DNA from: Lytechinus pictus
Taxonomy: Eukaryota
Direction: 5' to 3'
Assembly (NCBI RefSeq): GCF_037042905.1
Contig: NC_087246.1
Span: forward strand, 1,304,001 to 1,368,000
DNA length: 64,000 nucleotides
The translations under genes and the position numbers were made by a program. Positions within the stretch are counted from its first letter, which is position 1, and every line of letters begins with the position of its first letter. A model generated the notes under the pieces. It saw only the letters and a list, made by a program, of their open reading frames with translations, ran no database searches and was not told where the DNA came from. Of the stretch, positions 49,314 to 62,650 are shown in pieces.

Positions 49314-52300
49314 CTGAATATATATGAAAAAAATGAAAACAGAAGATTTCAGTTATAAAATGGTGAAAATTTTTAGGCTTGACAAGATATACCATAATAA
49401 GATGGAGAAAAAGTAGCGTGTTTTGATCTTTAAATTCACGAAGGTAGGTATCTGAATAGAATACAGAATTCCAGATTTTGATGAATGCAGTTTTGAATAA
49501 AAAATATATGCCAATTGTAATTTCCTCCCATCAAACAACAAAACACAAAACAAATTGTAATAATTATTTTCTTGCTGCTGTTTAATATTTAATCTGACAG
49601 ATCTGAACTCTACTTACACAGTAAGGAGAGAGAGAGATTTTAAAAAGAAGAATTGTACACAAACTGCATTAAACCAAATTTATAAAGGGGTTGTCATACC
49701 TAGATGTGTTATGAGGGTGTATGCTGATTTACCTTATGGGTGGCAAGTCGTTTTCTCTTTCAGTCCAATTTTTCTTATATCAAGCATTTTATTTCTGATA
49801 TCAAAAGTTGCATTCCGTTAGTAACGCAAAACATCAAGAATTCTTCTTTACATGAAGGATCATTTATGCTGTTAACAACAGACAATACTTCAAATCAAGA
49901 AATCCACGTAATGGTCACCTGCATGGAATCCTTCATTCTGATTGGCCGTTGATCATCGTTACCATGGTAGTTACCATTGGATGGCAAAGTTACCATAATA
50001 ATTTTTCCCCCCAAAGGTGTTTTTCATAATAAAATGCGTGGCGCACTCGCTCATCGCGGCGCTCAAGCTGCACGCAAGCTAAAATGCACACTGCTCTTGC
50101 AGATGAAAAAAAACAACATTGAAACATGTTTATATCTCACCCGGTTTTAAACAAAATGATTGAAAAAAAAAACAAGTTACCTGAAATCATATTGATCTAA
50201 TAACCATATTTGTGTAAGGTTTATGAAAGATAGACATATAGGCCCGTATTCTGATGGCAGGTTTAACTTAAACTCAGGTTTAAAGTTGTGGTTTAAGTAT
50301 GGATAGCCAATTGTTACATAAATCACTAACAGTAGAGATAGCATACTTCAGCTCATTTGGCTCTCAAATCATTCATAATTGTCTAAGAAGTATAAATAGA
50401 TGATTGTCTTCACCATCGATTAATCAGGAAAGAGCACAGTAAACATAGGAAACATACAACTTAATTAAAATTTTGATACTTTTGGTTTCCCATACTTAAA
50501 CCACAACTTTAAACCTGAGTTTAAGTTAAACCTGCTATCAGAATACAGGCCATTGAGATGATTTTTCTCAATAAATTACGATTTTGTAAAAATAAAAAAA
50601 AACGTACTGCCGTATTTTGGTTGAGAAAACGTACTAAATACGCCAAAAACATACTGGTTGGCAGGTCTGCCTATGTACATAGACATAAGCTGGCTAAAAC
50701 GTTAAGATATGACATGTTTACATGCAACATTTACTACTTAAAAATAAATATCTGGATGCTATAGAATAAATAGAATGAAGTAATTACAAAATACGACAAA
50801 AACGTACTGGTTGGCAGGTCTGCCTATGTACATAGACATAAGCTGGCTAAAACGTTAAGATATGACATGTTTACATGTAACATTTACTACTTAAAAATAA
50901 ATATCTGGATGCTATAGAATAAATAGAATGAAGTAATTACTAAGTGAAGCTGACCTAAGGGCTAAATTTAGAGTAGCAGGGAAATCCCCACAAGCTGCAA
51001 TATTCTTTTAACAAGACAAAAATTTATACAACTATACTCACAGTAATGTCAGTAGGTATTTTATCATAGAGAAACTCTCTGCCTTTCTTGTTAGTTGACT
51101 TCCTAGCTAGTGTCCTAGGTAGCCTCCTCTTAAGGTAGTCTTTGGGGGTGATCTCTCGTCGTACTAACTGCTCTAGTGAGATGTTCTTGATGAAATCTAG
51201 ATGAACAAACTCTCCAAGTGATTGCAGTCTGTCATTAGGGTCTTTCCTGAGTAACTGCCAACAGGAAAAGAATAATGACATAGCAATATAGAGATATCAG
51301 ATTCTTTGAGCTACATCAAAAGATTGTTCATGCAGTTTACGATTCAAGTCTTCGTAAAGAGGGAGCAAAAAGTGATCTTTAAGGGTATTTTTCAGTGTCA
51401 AATAGGGAGAGTTGTACATTTGTGATATCATATGACACACCTTGCTGCATTGCCAATAAGAGGATCCCTACAGCATTGGTGATCTCAACATTCAAATGCA
51501 CATAACTTTCTGATTTTTTTTTCTCCAATTGATCTCAAACATTCTTTAATCTGTATCTTTGAATTTTCTCCTCTCACACAAACTAACTAGTTTCAAGGGT
51601 TTCGTTCTATTCTAAATTATGAAATTCTTATAGGAATACAAAATGAAAATGAAAGGGATATCTATATGAGAGGGGAGTAGAGGAGGAAAAGAAATCAACA
51701 AATTATGTAAAAAAATTTATAGAAAAAAAATATGTTAACTTGGATAAGCATGCCCACAATACAGATAAATACTCCACTCACTCTATCTAATGCATCACAG
51801 GCCTCACTGCTTATACTTGATGGTAGAACATATTTCTTTGCAAGAACTCTACTGTACATGGTGAAATGTGTTTTAGCGCCATCTATAGGGTAACCGCCGC
51901 TTAGTAACGTATACATGATGATACCTAACGACCACCAGTCAACAGCATGTGTGTAGTTCTCCTCATTCAAGATTTCTGGAGCTGGAGAAAACATTCAAAC
52001 AAAAATTTATAAAAGATTATTTGATATTATATTGATTGATTATTTATTTAAAAGTCTCATGTCAAATATTCATTTATTCCTAGAAAATAAAAGAGTTCAA
52101 TTGAAGGTAACTTAAAGGATACTCCAGGCTGAAAATATTTATATATTATAATTATTCATGGTTTATTTCAATTGTATCTCACAGCCACTGGCTGAATTGT
52201 ACACAAGTAATATTTTCAAAAAAGATACAAGTATGGTCATGAAACATCAAAATCCACACAAAGTGTAACATGAATATCAAAGATAAAAGTAATTAAAAAT

Positions 52301-55300
52301 GAATAAATATAATAAATAGAGTAAAATTCACCAAGCAAATTGCTGAAAATGCTATTAAATTTGATAAAAATAGACAAATTATTTAATCTTAAAGTTAAGC
52401 AATATTTTGTGAAAAACAGTTATATGCACGTGGTCATGAATAAGGTGGGCTGATGATGCCACATCCCACTTTCCTTTTTCTTTACATGTTATTACATGAA
52501 ACCAAAATTATTTCATTTTTTATACAAGAGTGAATAACATGTCTCCCTTATAATAGAATAAGTTGCAGCAATGAATATCTAATGCATTTAGTTCTTGGGG
52601 GAAAAATTTGAATAAACATAATTTTATATCATAAAATACAAAAGAACAAGTGGGGATATGACATCATCAGTTTGCTCATTGAATATTCATGAACACATGC
52701 AAAGAACTCTCTTGCCGAAATAGTGCAAATTTTAAAATTGTCATAACTTTGTTATTCCTTGTCCTATTTTGATCAAATTTTCAGTGTTTTGTTTTGTCTG
52801 ATTTTTCTTAAGTCTGTTCAAACCATACCATTTTTAGCCCGCAGTACCCCTTTAACTTGACAGAAGCAACATGAATTGTGTTAGCTTGATTTATCAAAGC
52901 TTGGTTCATGGGATTGAAACGATACAAATTTTGTCTTCTGCGAATCACTGGAAGGAAGATTTAAAGGAAATCAAAACCATAATAAAGGTTGAAATTCTAC
53001 AGTGATAATACATTCAATGGGTGGTTTAACTAAAATATACACAATACCTTTAATAATCTCTTATATCTACTGCTTAACAACACACCCATCTTTCTTCCTA
53101 ATTTTAATCAATTCTTTGAAATCCAAACCCATTTTGGTCACACTTTTGCACATGGTTTCATGTTACCCCAGGGTTTTGATCTTTTATTACTCTAAATAGA
53201 CAGGCAGGCAGCCAGCCAATGCATGAAGCTTAACTTAATCCACACCATGAAACATTACACTATGGTATGATCAGAGCAACCATTAGAAAGCACTCAGCAC
53301 CTGGCATGGATTCAAATCACAATGAACTGATGGCTTGAAATGTAAATGGCCTGCAAATACACCATCAGAAACACAACACAATCAAGTACAGCAGTTAAAA
53401 TGCAGAATGACTCAAGAAATACTTAAAACTAAGCCTCAAGAACATTCTTCACAATCAACCTCTGCTGTCTGTCAAGTTGTCCGATCTGAAAAATTTCTTT
53501 GATTTTTATTGGCTAAGAGGAAAAAAAGTCCAACTTATTATAGTAACTATATAGGATGAAACATCTGATTCTTTCTTGAAATGCTCTCCCAAAGGCTAAG
53601 AGAATTGGTTCCCTCTTTGTGAAAATTTAATAAAAAAGTTTATTTGCCAGATTTCAGGTCCAACTGAATGTGTCGGTATGAATGACCCTCTTTGATGAAA
53701 GGTTACAGGAATAAGAACTAGTCTGAAAGGGCTTTCTTACTCATGTTACCCGTAGCCTTTACAATGTAGCATATTAATGGGAATACATGCTCACGTATCA
53801 TTCATAATAGACGTCTAACACTAAGATGGAATGGTTACATTATATTCTACCCCTAGGTAAGCAGTGACACTGATTTCAAAAATTAAAAGGAGTTCTTATA
53901 TTTCATAAGAGATTCACGAAAACATTTATATTCACTGTTGCCCTATAAGATCTTAATTCTTATCTTGATTTGCAAAATCAATATAGGTGATCCATAGAAT
54001 AATAAACCTTTTTGTATGTTTGACCCCCATTTGTATTTTCATTTCTCTTCATGAACTGATCAAGCAATGATAGTTTCATAGTGTTTATATACTCTTTGAT
54101 ATAAGTGAAATACATATCATTTTCAGAAGGTCCAACAAGTACGGGTAACAATACACACTTTATAAAATTGCCCATATGAAACATTACTACATGGTGAAAT
54201 ACCATTATTGAGATATTGAGATTACTTAAAAAGATAAATAAAGACAGATGGCTTCGTATTCATCCTTACTCTAAACTACAAGTCTTTTTCTACAAGATTT
54301 TAAATTCATTTACAAACAAAGCCTATGTAAATAGCTCAGTAATTGGTAAAGTAAATTCAATTCATGATGGACACAATGTGTGAAAATAACCTATTCAGTT
54401 GTATACCAACCAGTATAATGCACCAGAACTTGAGATATCCTTTAATATGATGATTGGAAATAAAGACATGATGAGGTGTATGATTCATAGCAAGCTGAGC
54501 ATACAGACCCATACATAGTCTCATCATGAATCACAGAGTAATAATTGGATTGCATCACTGTGTTCATACAATGCAAAGTGCACAATACTCTCCTTTTCTT
54601 CACATTTTACTGTAAAAATCAATATTTTTGGAAACTTTTCTTTTTTCTCTCTCTCTGTCTGTCTCTTATGTCAGTTGGTACCCAAAGGCATTGTCGTGCA
54701 ATTCATCCGTCTCTAGCTGTGTATATGTAGCAACAGCTAGATGTACATGTTGACTTTATATCATTTGTACTTCGTACTGATAAAAGTTAAACTAGAGATG
54801 TACAAGTTGGCGACAAGTATACTATAAAAGTGTACTTTAAGTTTATAATCAATGTTAAAAAATACCAATAAAAAGGAAAACTTGCTATTTTACAAAACAT
54901 TCTGTCTCGCTTTCTTTCTACCATTTCCCCACAAGCTCACACACACCCACACCAACCTCCACAGAAAGATAGATCTTGCCTAAGGTCTCTGTAAGTAGTA
55001 TGTTACATTAGCCTGAGGATATATAAATGAACAGACTTGGTAATACAAGCTGCTACTCACAAAACTACAGTATCCATCACTAAGAGCTGCTTTCACACCC
55101 ATCCAATAAAGATAATACCTGTGAATTATGAGAACTCGTTCAAGACTAAAAATAAAACATGATGATTTTGAGCATCCATCCACCTCTGCCTTATCCAGAC
55201 TAAGCTCCCATAGTGAGAAGACAACAAGAATTCTGAATTCCTAAGCAAAGGATGTGCAATCTTCTTTTCTTGATCTAAAATGCTTGTCACTTTATTCACA

Positions 55301-58300
55301 CTATGAAAACTCCAGCAACCTTAGAAAATTCCTGTGAAGTGTTTTTAATTTTGAAGTGAACTTACTAACTTGTAGAATATATCTTTTGGGGATATCACTA
55401 ATACCCCTTTCATAAACCCAATAAAACCCAATTATGCGGCTAATAGCAGCATAATTTGGTCGTAAAATCAGAGGAGGACAAGAGTTATCCGCATTTTCTG
55501 ATGCTGCTATTATCCGCATAATAGCGGCATCGGGACAAGATTTTGAGTTTATGAACGTATTTCCAAATAATGCGGATAATTGCCATGGTGCGGTCACAAG
55601 GTCACCCTTTTCCAACACAACCGCATCGGAGGGGGCGTGTCCAGTTGTCATGACGATTATCCGCCTTTTTCAGGATGGGCGCTCGTAAAAATAATGCGGA
55701 TAATTTTCAGAGTTTGTGAACGCAATTTTTTTTTTATTATCCGCATTACTCTTAGGCGGCTAATTGGAGGATAGGTTTTATTGGGTTTATGAAAGGGGTA
55801 TAACATTTTACTTTCAGTCAAACTACCAGGTAATTTCTGATATTGGTAGAACTCTGAATCAGAGAATATGAGGTATTTTCTAGATTGGGTGGGTGTGAAA
55901 GATCCTGGGTGGGTGTGAAAGGAGGATCAGAGAGATGGAAGGATTGACGGGAACAGAGGTTGATTTGATGGAAAGGAGGATTCTAAACAAATATTTCCTT
56001 ATCTTTTGAGGACCGTTGTTCAAATTCCATGGCTCTTACTTTGCCTCATTAATTCATAAATTTAAAACTGCAACCCTTCCATATACTATGCAGAAATGCA
56101 GATTCCAGTAATGAAAATGACGAGTATTTCTTATCTAAAGATCCTCAATTATTGGGATACAGAAAGATAAAGCATTACAGTAAGTGGTGATGGGAGGAAT
56201 TGAGGATTGACAAGTCATGATTTTAAAATGTCCTTCAACTCAACAGTAATTTATCTTTTCCTTGACAATAATCCATTCAAGTCTTTTGAAAATGCTTTGT
56301 CATTTTCATTTCATCATGAATGATATCATCTGCTCTGTGACATTAACATTAATCATTAAAGGGTGACTACATACTTCTTGTCACCAAAGACTTGCACAGA
56401 AAGTAATATTGTTCCTTTATATTTGCAGAAGATGCAGCTGATTAATTGACATCATCGTTTGAAGGTCTTGATTGCTATTCGTTTTGTCTTTTAAACATTA
56501 TTTCATACATTTTTTTTGCCTTCTCTCTTAAAAACTCTGTTATCCTTACCATTTTGATCAATATCTTTAAGGTTATTTCTATTGTATTTACTTCCAACAA
56601 TTCCTGTCCCTCTGTACTCTCCTTCGTTCTCTTGCTTTCATCATTCTTCTTCTCATGCTTCCTCTTTACTTCTCCACATCTCAAACCATCTCTTTCTTCT
56701 CCCTACTTCACTCTTTCATTTTCCTCTTGCCCTCTTCCTCCCCCCTCATCCTCTCTTCTTACCATCACACTCGAACCCATATTACTTTACCAGGTATGCG
56801 AAGCTAATGCAAACATGAATGACTGGCCACAGGCAAGGAGCAAGAGGAAATTTCCCTAATTTAGAGCTTGCTAGCTCTCACAGGGAAATTACTTCATTTT
56901 CACCTCACTAGAGAAGGGAATCTTCTATAATGTCATTTCTTGAGGCTACTTACAGTGAATGATTTGATGTTCAGTTCATTATGATGCTAAATTTCTTCTG
57001 TCAAATGGAGTTTATATCATTCATATCATGCTAGTTATATCGGTCTGCCAGAAGTTTTAATATCTGAATATCTGTTATTTACATTCAATCAAATTGTTTA
57101 AATTTGGTTTCATGTCACATTCTAATCAAGACATTGTATGTTTCATCATCATTAAATATTACATTCAAATGTCTGCTTATAATTCCCTTTATTGATTTAA
57201 ATATTTACATTACACAAAACAGTAAAAATGAACATGAAGAGTCTCCTTGTTTAATTAGAAATAATTGTTTGGCTTTTGACAGGGTCTTTTAAAGTTCCTC
57301 TCAAATTGAATAAAACACTCCTTAAGATATTTACTATACATTAAAATATTCCCAACTTACAGCAATCTACTGAGAGTCAGCTAATATATAGATTTTATGT
57401 GAAGAATGTTTGGAATGAATTATTAAACAATTCATATGTTTATCTTTCTAAAAAATACTACCTACCCATGTATTGTAATGTTCCACATATTGTTGATGTC
57501 CGGTTGCCTTTCTTCATCCATTTTGAAAGGCCAAAGTCGGTCACTTTGATATGTCCTTCTTGGTCCAGTAGTATATTTTCCATCTGTGACCAAACAAAGA
57601 AAAAACATAAAAAGGTTAAATTCTATTGTCTTCCCCACCCCCACCCCGGGCCTGTGAGATGTTTATGATAAACTGCAAATATGAAAGCATAGTTCTGATT
57701 GGTTCCTAGTTAGTGATTTGAACAAAATAAGAATGCAACAATGATCTTGATTGGCCAGTGTTATTCAGCGACTGATTGCAAACCTTTGTGTTACAAGGCT
57801 AAGATCTTGAATTTACAATGACTACACAAGTCATACATATTGAACACAGGATTCTATTTCCAAAATCACAAGTGACATGACCCCACGTCAGGTGCAGATG
57901 GGGGGGAGCGGTCTTTGTCCCCCTTCCTAGACATTAATCTTTCTCCCCCCACTTTTTTTTTAAGTGGGGCCCACATGGCATATCACAGAATAAATCTCAA
58001 GATGAGTACCTTTAGGTCTCTGTAGATAACACCAGCATTATGTAAGAAGTCTAATGCCATCGATAGTTCTGCAATGAAGATACAGACAGCCATCTCTGTA
58101 AAGACACCTTCTAGAATCCACAGTGTGTACAGATCACCATGGGTAGCATACTCCATTACTGCAACACAAAAAAGAATCATGATAATACAAATACTTTGTT
58201 TTATAAAACGCTTTTCACATTGGATTGCCATCTCTAAGCACTCAACAGACGTATTATCTGTCCGGTATTTTGGCTTGTCCATATACATTGTATGCACAAT

Positions 58301-58971
58301 CTCCACTTCCTAGGGAGGATTCCAGCAATGGGTATTTATGATACTCTTATTGCTAAGTTAGAGACAATGATATAGGTATCTATATATAGCACCTGAGCTG
58401 TTAAAAACTCAGATCTTAAAAATTAAAACTTCTGAGGGCAGCTCAGAAAAAGCAGACTTATAGAAGTATGGCAACATTTACAAGCTCAAGCTGTCTGAAA
58501 ACAGTCTCCTTAAGGCTTTAGAGAAATCTTTCTAAGGCAAAAGAAGATTGCCACTCATGTCATAACTCTTAAGGTACTGTCGCATTGTTCGATACAAGGC
58601 TTGCTGATACGTTGAGGGCAATCACCCACAACAAAGTTTTCAGTATGTTTGAAACTTTTCTTCAGGCATATCTAACTTGCGTGCACTCTTAAGGAGACAC
58701 CATCAATATGCCGGTGTGGGCAAACAGAGAGAGCTACTTGCTGGTAGCAAAGAACCTTAAAAATGACTGATATGTCCTTTGAGTTCTCTAATATGAAATA
58801 CAGCTCTCCAGTAATATTCTCTGTAGACTATAAGAACATACATAAGAGTTTTGAACCATATTACTACCACTATACAGTATGTTTTTGGTTGTAATTACCT
58901 ATATGTAAGTTGATTTTGCTCTGCCATGATTTGTATATCTGGATAATAAAAGGATGATGTCCAACCATAGC
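49275..58971 (-). CDS. RSKR: Ribosomal protein S6 kinase-related (SGK494-like) AGC Ser/Thr kinase, 5'-partial; complement(join(49275..49313,51042..51254,51782..51981,57466..57583,58010..58158,58899..58971))
   Basis: Phases consistent. [39 protein letters not shown] and HAVDWWSLG are present. The SWQ, DLKMEN and CGTLQYMAPE variants are what I recognise as RSKR/SGK494 rather than S6K or SGK. Exons for the Gly-loop and VAIK lysine were not found in the window. Confidence 0.82.
50241..50551. mobile_element. MITE with long TIR GGCCYGTATTCTGATRGCAGGTTTAACTTAAACTCAGGTTTAAAGTTGTGGTTTAAGTATGG (Harbinger-like termini)
   Basis: About 60-bp near-perfect inverted repeats; diverged relative split at 6520-6553 / 10001-10320. 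Confidence 0.8.
50652..50940 (+). repeat. Recent tandem duplication, ~153-bp period, in the last kinase intron
   Basis: tactggttggcaggtctgcc...gaatgaagtaattac occurs twice, nearly identical. Confidence 0.9.
51042..51254 (-). CDS. RSKR: RSKR-like exon ([10 protein letters not shown]...DKIPTDIT)
   Basis: ggcAG acceptor; ACT|GTGAGT donor; subdomain XI Arg. Confidence 0.88.
51782..51981 (-). CDS. RSKR: RSKR-like exon ([21 protein letters not shown]...ACDALDR)
   Basis: ttctccAG acceptor; AGA|GTGAGT donor; APE and DWWSLG. Confidence 0.92.
52116..52851. mobile_element. TTAA-flanked MITE; second family member at about 38309-38866
   Basis: TTAA at 52112-52115 and 52852-52855; TIR AGGRTACT.C.GGCT; long internal similarity to 38309-38866. 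Confidence 0.72.
55404..55798. mobile_element. MITE, perfect 25-bp TIR CCCCTTTCATAAACCCAATAAAACC, TA flanks
   Basis: TIRs read directly; internal ATCCGCAT/ATGCGGAT units. Confidence 0.82.
57466..57583 (-). CDS. RSKR: RSKR-like exon ([22 protein letters not shown]...TICGTLQYM)
   Basis: cacAG acceptor; G|GTAGGT donor; DFG and activation loop. Confidence 0.92.
58010..58158 (-). CDS. RSKR: RSKR-like exon ([10 protein letters not shown]...[13 protein letters not shown])
   Basis: ttgcAG acceptor; AAG|GTACTC donor; catalytic loop. Confidence 0.92.
58899..58971 (-). CDS. RSKR: RSKR-like exon ([24 protein letters not shown])
   Basis: ctccAG acceptor; G|GTAATT donor. Confidence 0.87.
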
Positions 58972-61287
58972 CTGGAGATCAAAAGAAACAAGAAAAGAGG
59001 AGAAAATTTGAAATTTGAAGAGAAAAACATTCAAAACTGATAGAAATCAATGAAAGACGGTTAGATTAACAAAGTAGTTCTACATTACACATGCTCAATA
59101 CACCATCGACATTAAGAAATATTGAATTCAAATGTTCTATCTTTCAATAATTAATGAAACACATATCTAAAATGGAAAAGACTGTTACATATACATCTAC
59201 AAACCAACTTCATTGATAATTATATATAGTAAGAAGAGGATATTCCTCTCAATCACTTGAGCTTGAGTTCTCATGACCAATCAGGTATGAAACATTTTCT
59301 TAATTTTCTTACATGAGAGGCTTGTATATCAGAAAAAATATTCAATAAAAATATGGTAGGTACTGCATTTATTCCATCTTCAAATCCAAGCGTTTAAGGG
59401 GGAATCATCTTGACAAAAGCAACGTCTCATTGTTATATCACCAAGCTTGTCAGGTTTCCTCTTTCAGCTTTGTTTATTTGATATATGCTAGCCACCATAG
59501 ACCACAAATCTGATAATTGATGGAACATAAGCTTCTATGTGCATACTCAATACACCACAACATATGTTTTACATATCACCTAGTTTGAAGAGGATAGTCT
59601 GGGTGGGATGCTTGAAATGTGAATAAGGGCAAAATAAGACAACTAGCTACAAAATGATACTTTAAAAAAAATCATTTTTCGCTTTCATATTCAGATTTAG
59701 AGATACTAAACCATATCCTACAAACCTCTGTATTGATTAGGACTTGGCTGTATGTAGTGTCATTAGAGGAGCGTTCCATGAAAGGACTTGTGGGGATGTT
59801 TTAACCGACAAGTCCTATTTTATCCGACAGCTACCATACAGTACTTCTCAGCCAGTCAAAATCAAGGAAATTGTCAGATCTGACAAAATGTTGGACGAAA
59901 AATATTTATGAAATGCTCCCCTGGATTTAAAAAATTACAAGTACTCTGCAGAGTTTTTTTTTTTTTTTTTTCATGAATGCAACTATCCTTATACAGCCTT
60001 AGACTATAGCTCTTTCATCTCTGACTATGACTACTATACATGCCATCAAACTGATCTCGAGCTGAATTTATTGATTTTTCCTTCTCTATCTCCACCATTT
60101 CTCTCTATTTTCATCGCTCTACTTTTTGGTAGAATGCACATTGTATCTCATTGTTCACGCCCGATTACAGGTTACAGGGGGTCTGATCAGCAGTGGTGAG
60201 GAAACCTAAAGAAGAAACGTTCTTTCTTTATACTTCCGCAAGGAGACGGATAGATACGAGAGTGTTCGTATCAGTTTGAATGAGAAAGCAACAGCTCCAC
60301 AGGTGTTATAGATAATATCAATAAAGGTTATAATGTACCAGTTGATTTAAACTTCATCGGCAATTGTGAGCTAACTAAGAAACAGTTCTTGATAACTTGA
60401 ATGATGTATGTCTTTTGCTTGATTTTAACACATAGAAAACAATTATTATTCTGTATAAAATGTTATTTACAGACCCTAGCTCCAATTATCTTGAATGGAA
60501 TAAACAACTCAGCTGGTAATATACATTAAGAATATACAGAGAGGGATTTCAACCATTGAAAGCCCTTATACAATAAAATGCTCTCTCCCCGAAGTTCGTT
60601 ACCCTCTATAAATTAATTGCTTTATTTTTTATGCTTAAGGTGAATTCGTATCAGTTCTTAAAAAGAATCTGTTGTCAAATTTTAAATTCCAATATTAAAT
60701 TGGCTACAGACTAGCAATAATAATTGATCTATTTTAGTAGATCCTGGTTATATTCTTTCAAGTATCCAAGCCCCCTCCTCTCTTTCATCTTTTGTCTTAA
60801 CCAGCTACCTTTCCCCTCGCCACCATTCTTCTTCTTCTTCTTCTTTTTTGTGTGTAGGGGGGGTTCTATTCACATCGTCAATCATCATGTTTTTGAAATC
60901 CCCATATACCTATCCCACTTTGCTACAATCCTGTCATGCTTTGACATTTATATAAATGCCAATAAGATGTAAATTCAACATAAAAAAACACATAGATTGT
61001 GGCCAATGATACAAATGTTAAAGAATAGAAAGAAATATAAACAAGATGAGTGAAAGTCATGGATGGTTGAATATTTGGAAAGAGAACATGAATAAAAACA
61101 GGTGGGATGTAAAAACAAAAATGAATATGAAAAAATAATTCCAGAAAACATCAACAACAAAAGTAAAAATATATTAGCTATCTAAGGTAGATGTTAACCT
61201 GTTCTCATCTCAAAGTGACCTTCATGATCATAATCAATCAAAATCACAATTAGGATACCGGTAACAGGAAACAAAAATTATAGTTTA

Positions 61288-61468
61288 GGGGACCGTTTCA
61301 CAAAGCTGTTCGTAAGTTAAGGTTGACTTTAAGAACGACTGGTGATCCTTTCTTGTGGTAAATGATATTCACCATTAAATGTTCATTGGTGATTATGTAG
61401 CGCATAAGTTTCACCAGTCAATCTTAAGGTAGCTCTTAATTTACGAACAGCTTTATGAGACACACACC
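61288..61468. mobile_element. Short Harbinger-like MITE
   Basis: Inverted AAAGCTGTTCGTAA / TTACGAACAGCTTT near the ends. Confidence 0.55.
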
Positions 61469-62227
61469 TAATGTGATATAACTAAACCCATTGAAATTTA
61501 TGCAACCTCAAGCTTCCATTTGAAAATAATCCCAACGATCATTAAAAATTAAATTAATGATTCCAAGGTGATGAAACAATTCTCCAGCCATTAATAAAAA
61601 GCTTAATTTTGGAAATATATGTAGTAACTTAAAATGTTTTGTAACTCTTAAATGATACAAGAACCCCCCCCCCCCCTTGGTTATTGAGCTTGAATGTTTA
61701 TCATTGAAAGAATATCCTCATTATGAATTCTCTAATGATCATTAACCTCTAAAGAAAAATGCAATTACTTAGAAAAAAGCATTGTAGACAATTTATGTTT
61801 CATAACTACTTGCAGAAAGCTGATCAACTTAATGCATTGTCTTGTCAAAGCACTTAATAAGTACTTTCAAAAATTGAAAAGATATTACACACACTCCTAT
61901 GAAAAATATGAATCAACACATTTTAGAAATTTACTGATATTGAAGCTTGATTTTTTTTGCTTTCTTATTTTTCATAATTTTCTTTTTCATTCACGTAAAA
62001 TTTATAATATCCATTACCTGTTTAATATTCTTAAATATATTAAAATTGTGATACTGAATCTTACTTACAGAAACTACATAAAGATTCAAATCGTACTTTG
62101 ATTACATACCAATTGGCAGGTAGAAAAAAAAACACCATCAATAACTTTAACAATGAAAACGATTCTAAATTTGTGATGGGTGCATTGATGTTCGTTTAAT
62201 AAAACAGAACATTTCTAAAACTTAGTG

Positions 62228-62650
62228 CAGGGTGCTACATAACTTTTTAGAAACACTTGTCCGGTCGGGCAAGTAAATTATTAAATAGTTGGAATATGCT
62301 TGCCCAAAAATCTATTTCACTTGCCCCCAAAAATCATTGAAAAAAAGTTTAACCTCTCCAAAAGAAAGTTTTGCGGTTTTATAAACCATTGACCCTTTTC
62401 TCTCTTTTGACATGAACTGATCTACTTCGTTATTGCATTTCTTTTTCCAAAGTGATTTTATCTTGCCTGCCATGACCAAAATTAGGGTCAATAGATCTAT
62501 ATCATATCCACCCTAATATTGGTCATTCTATTGTGAAAATCTTGCTTGCCCAATTCGGGCAAGTAGTTTTGGTCTTTACTTAAAAACACTTGCCCGACTC
62601 TAACTTTTACTTGCCCCGGGCAATCGGGCAAATGCTTATGTTGCACCCTG
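62228..62650. mobile_element. MITE, 15-bp TIR CAGGGTGCWACATAA, 7-bp TSD CTTAGTG
   Basis: TSD at 62221-62227 and 62651-62657; subterminal cttgccc/gggcaag repeats. Confidence 0.85.

Noticed and set aside
59715..59760. Candidate upstream kinase exon ending SIQR on the minus strand
   Set aside because: In-frame stop immediately upstream and a donor phase incompatible with the 58971 acceptor. The true upstream exons were not found in the window.
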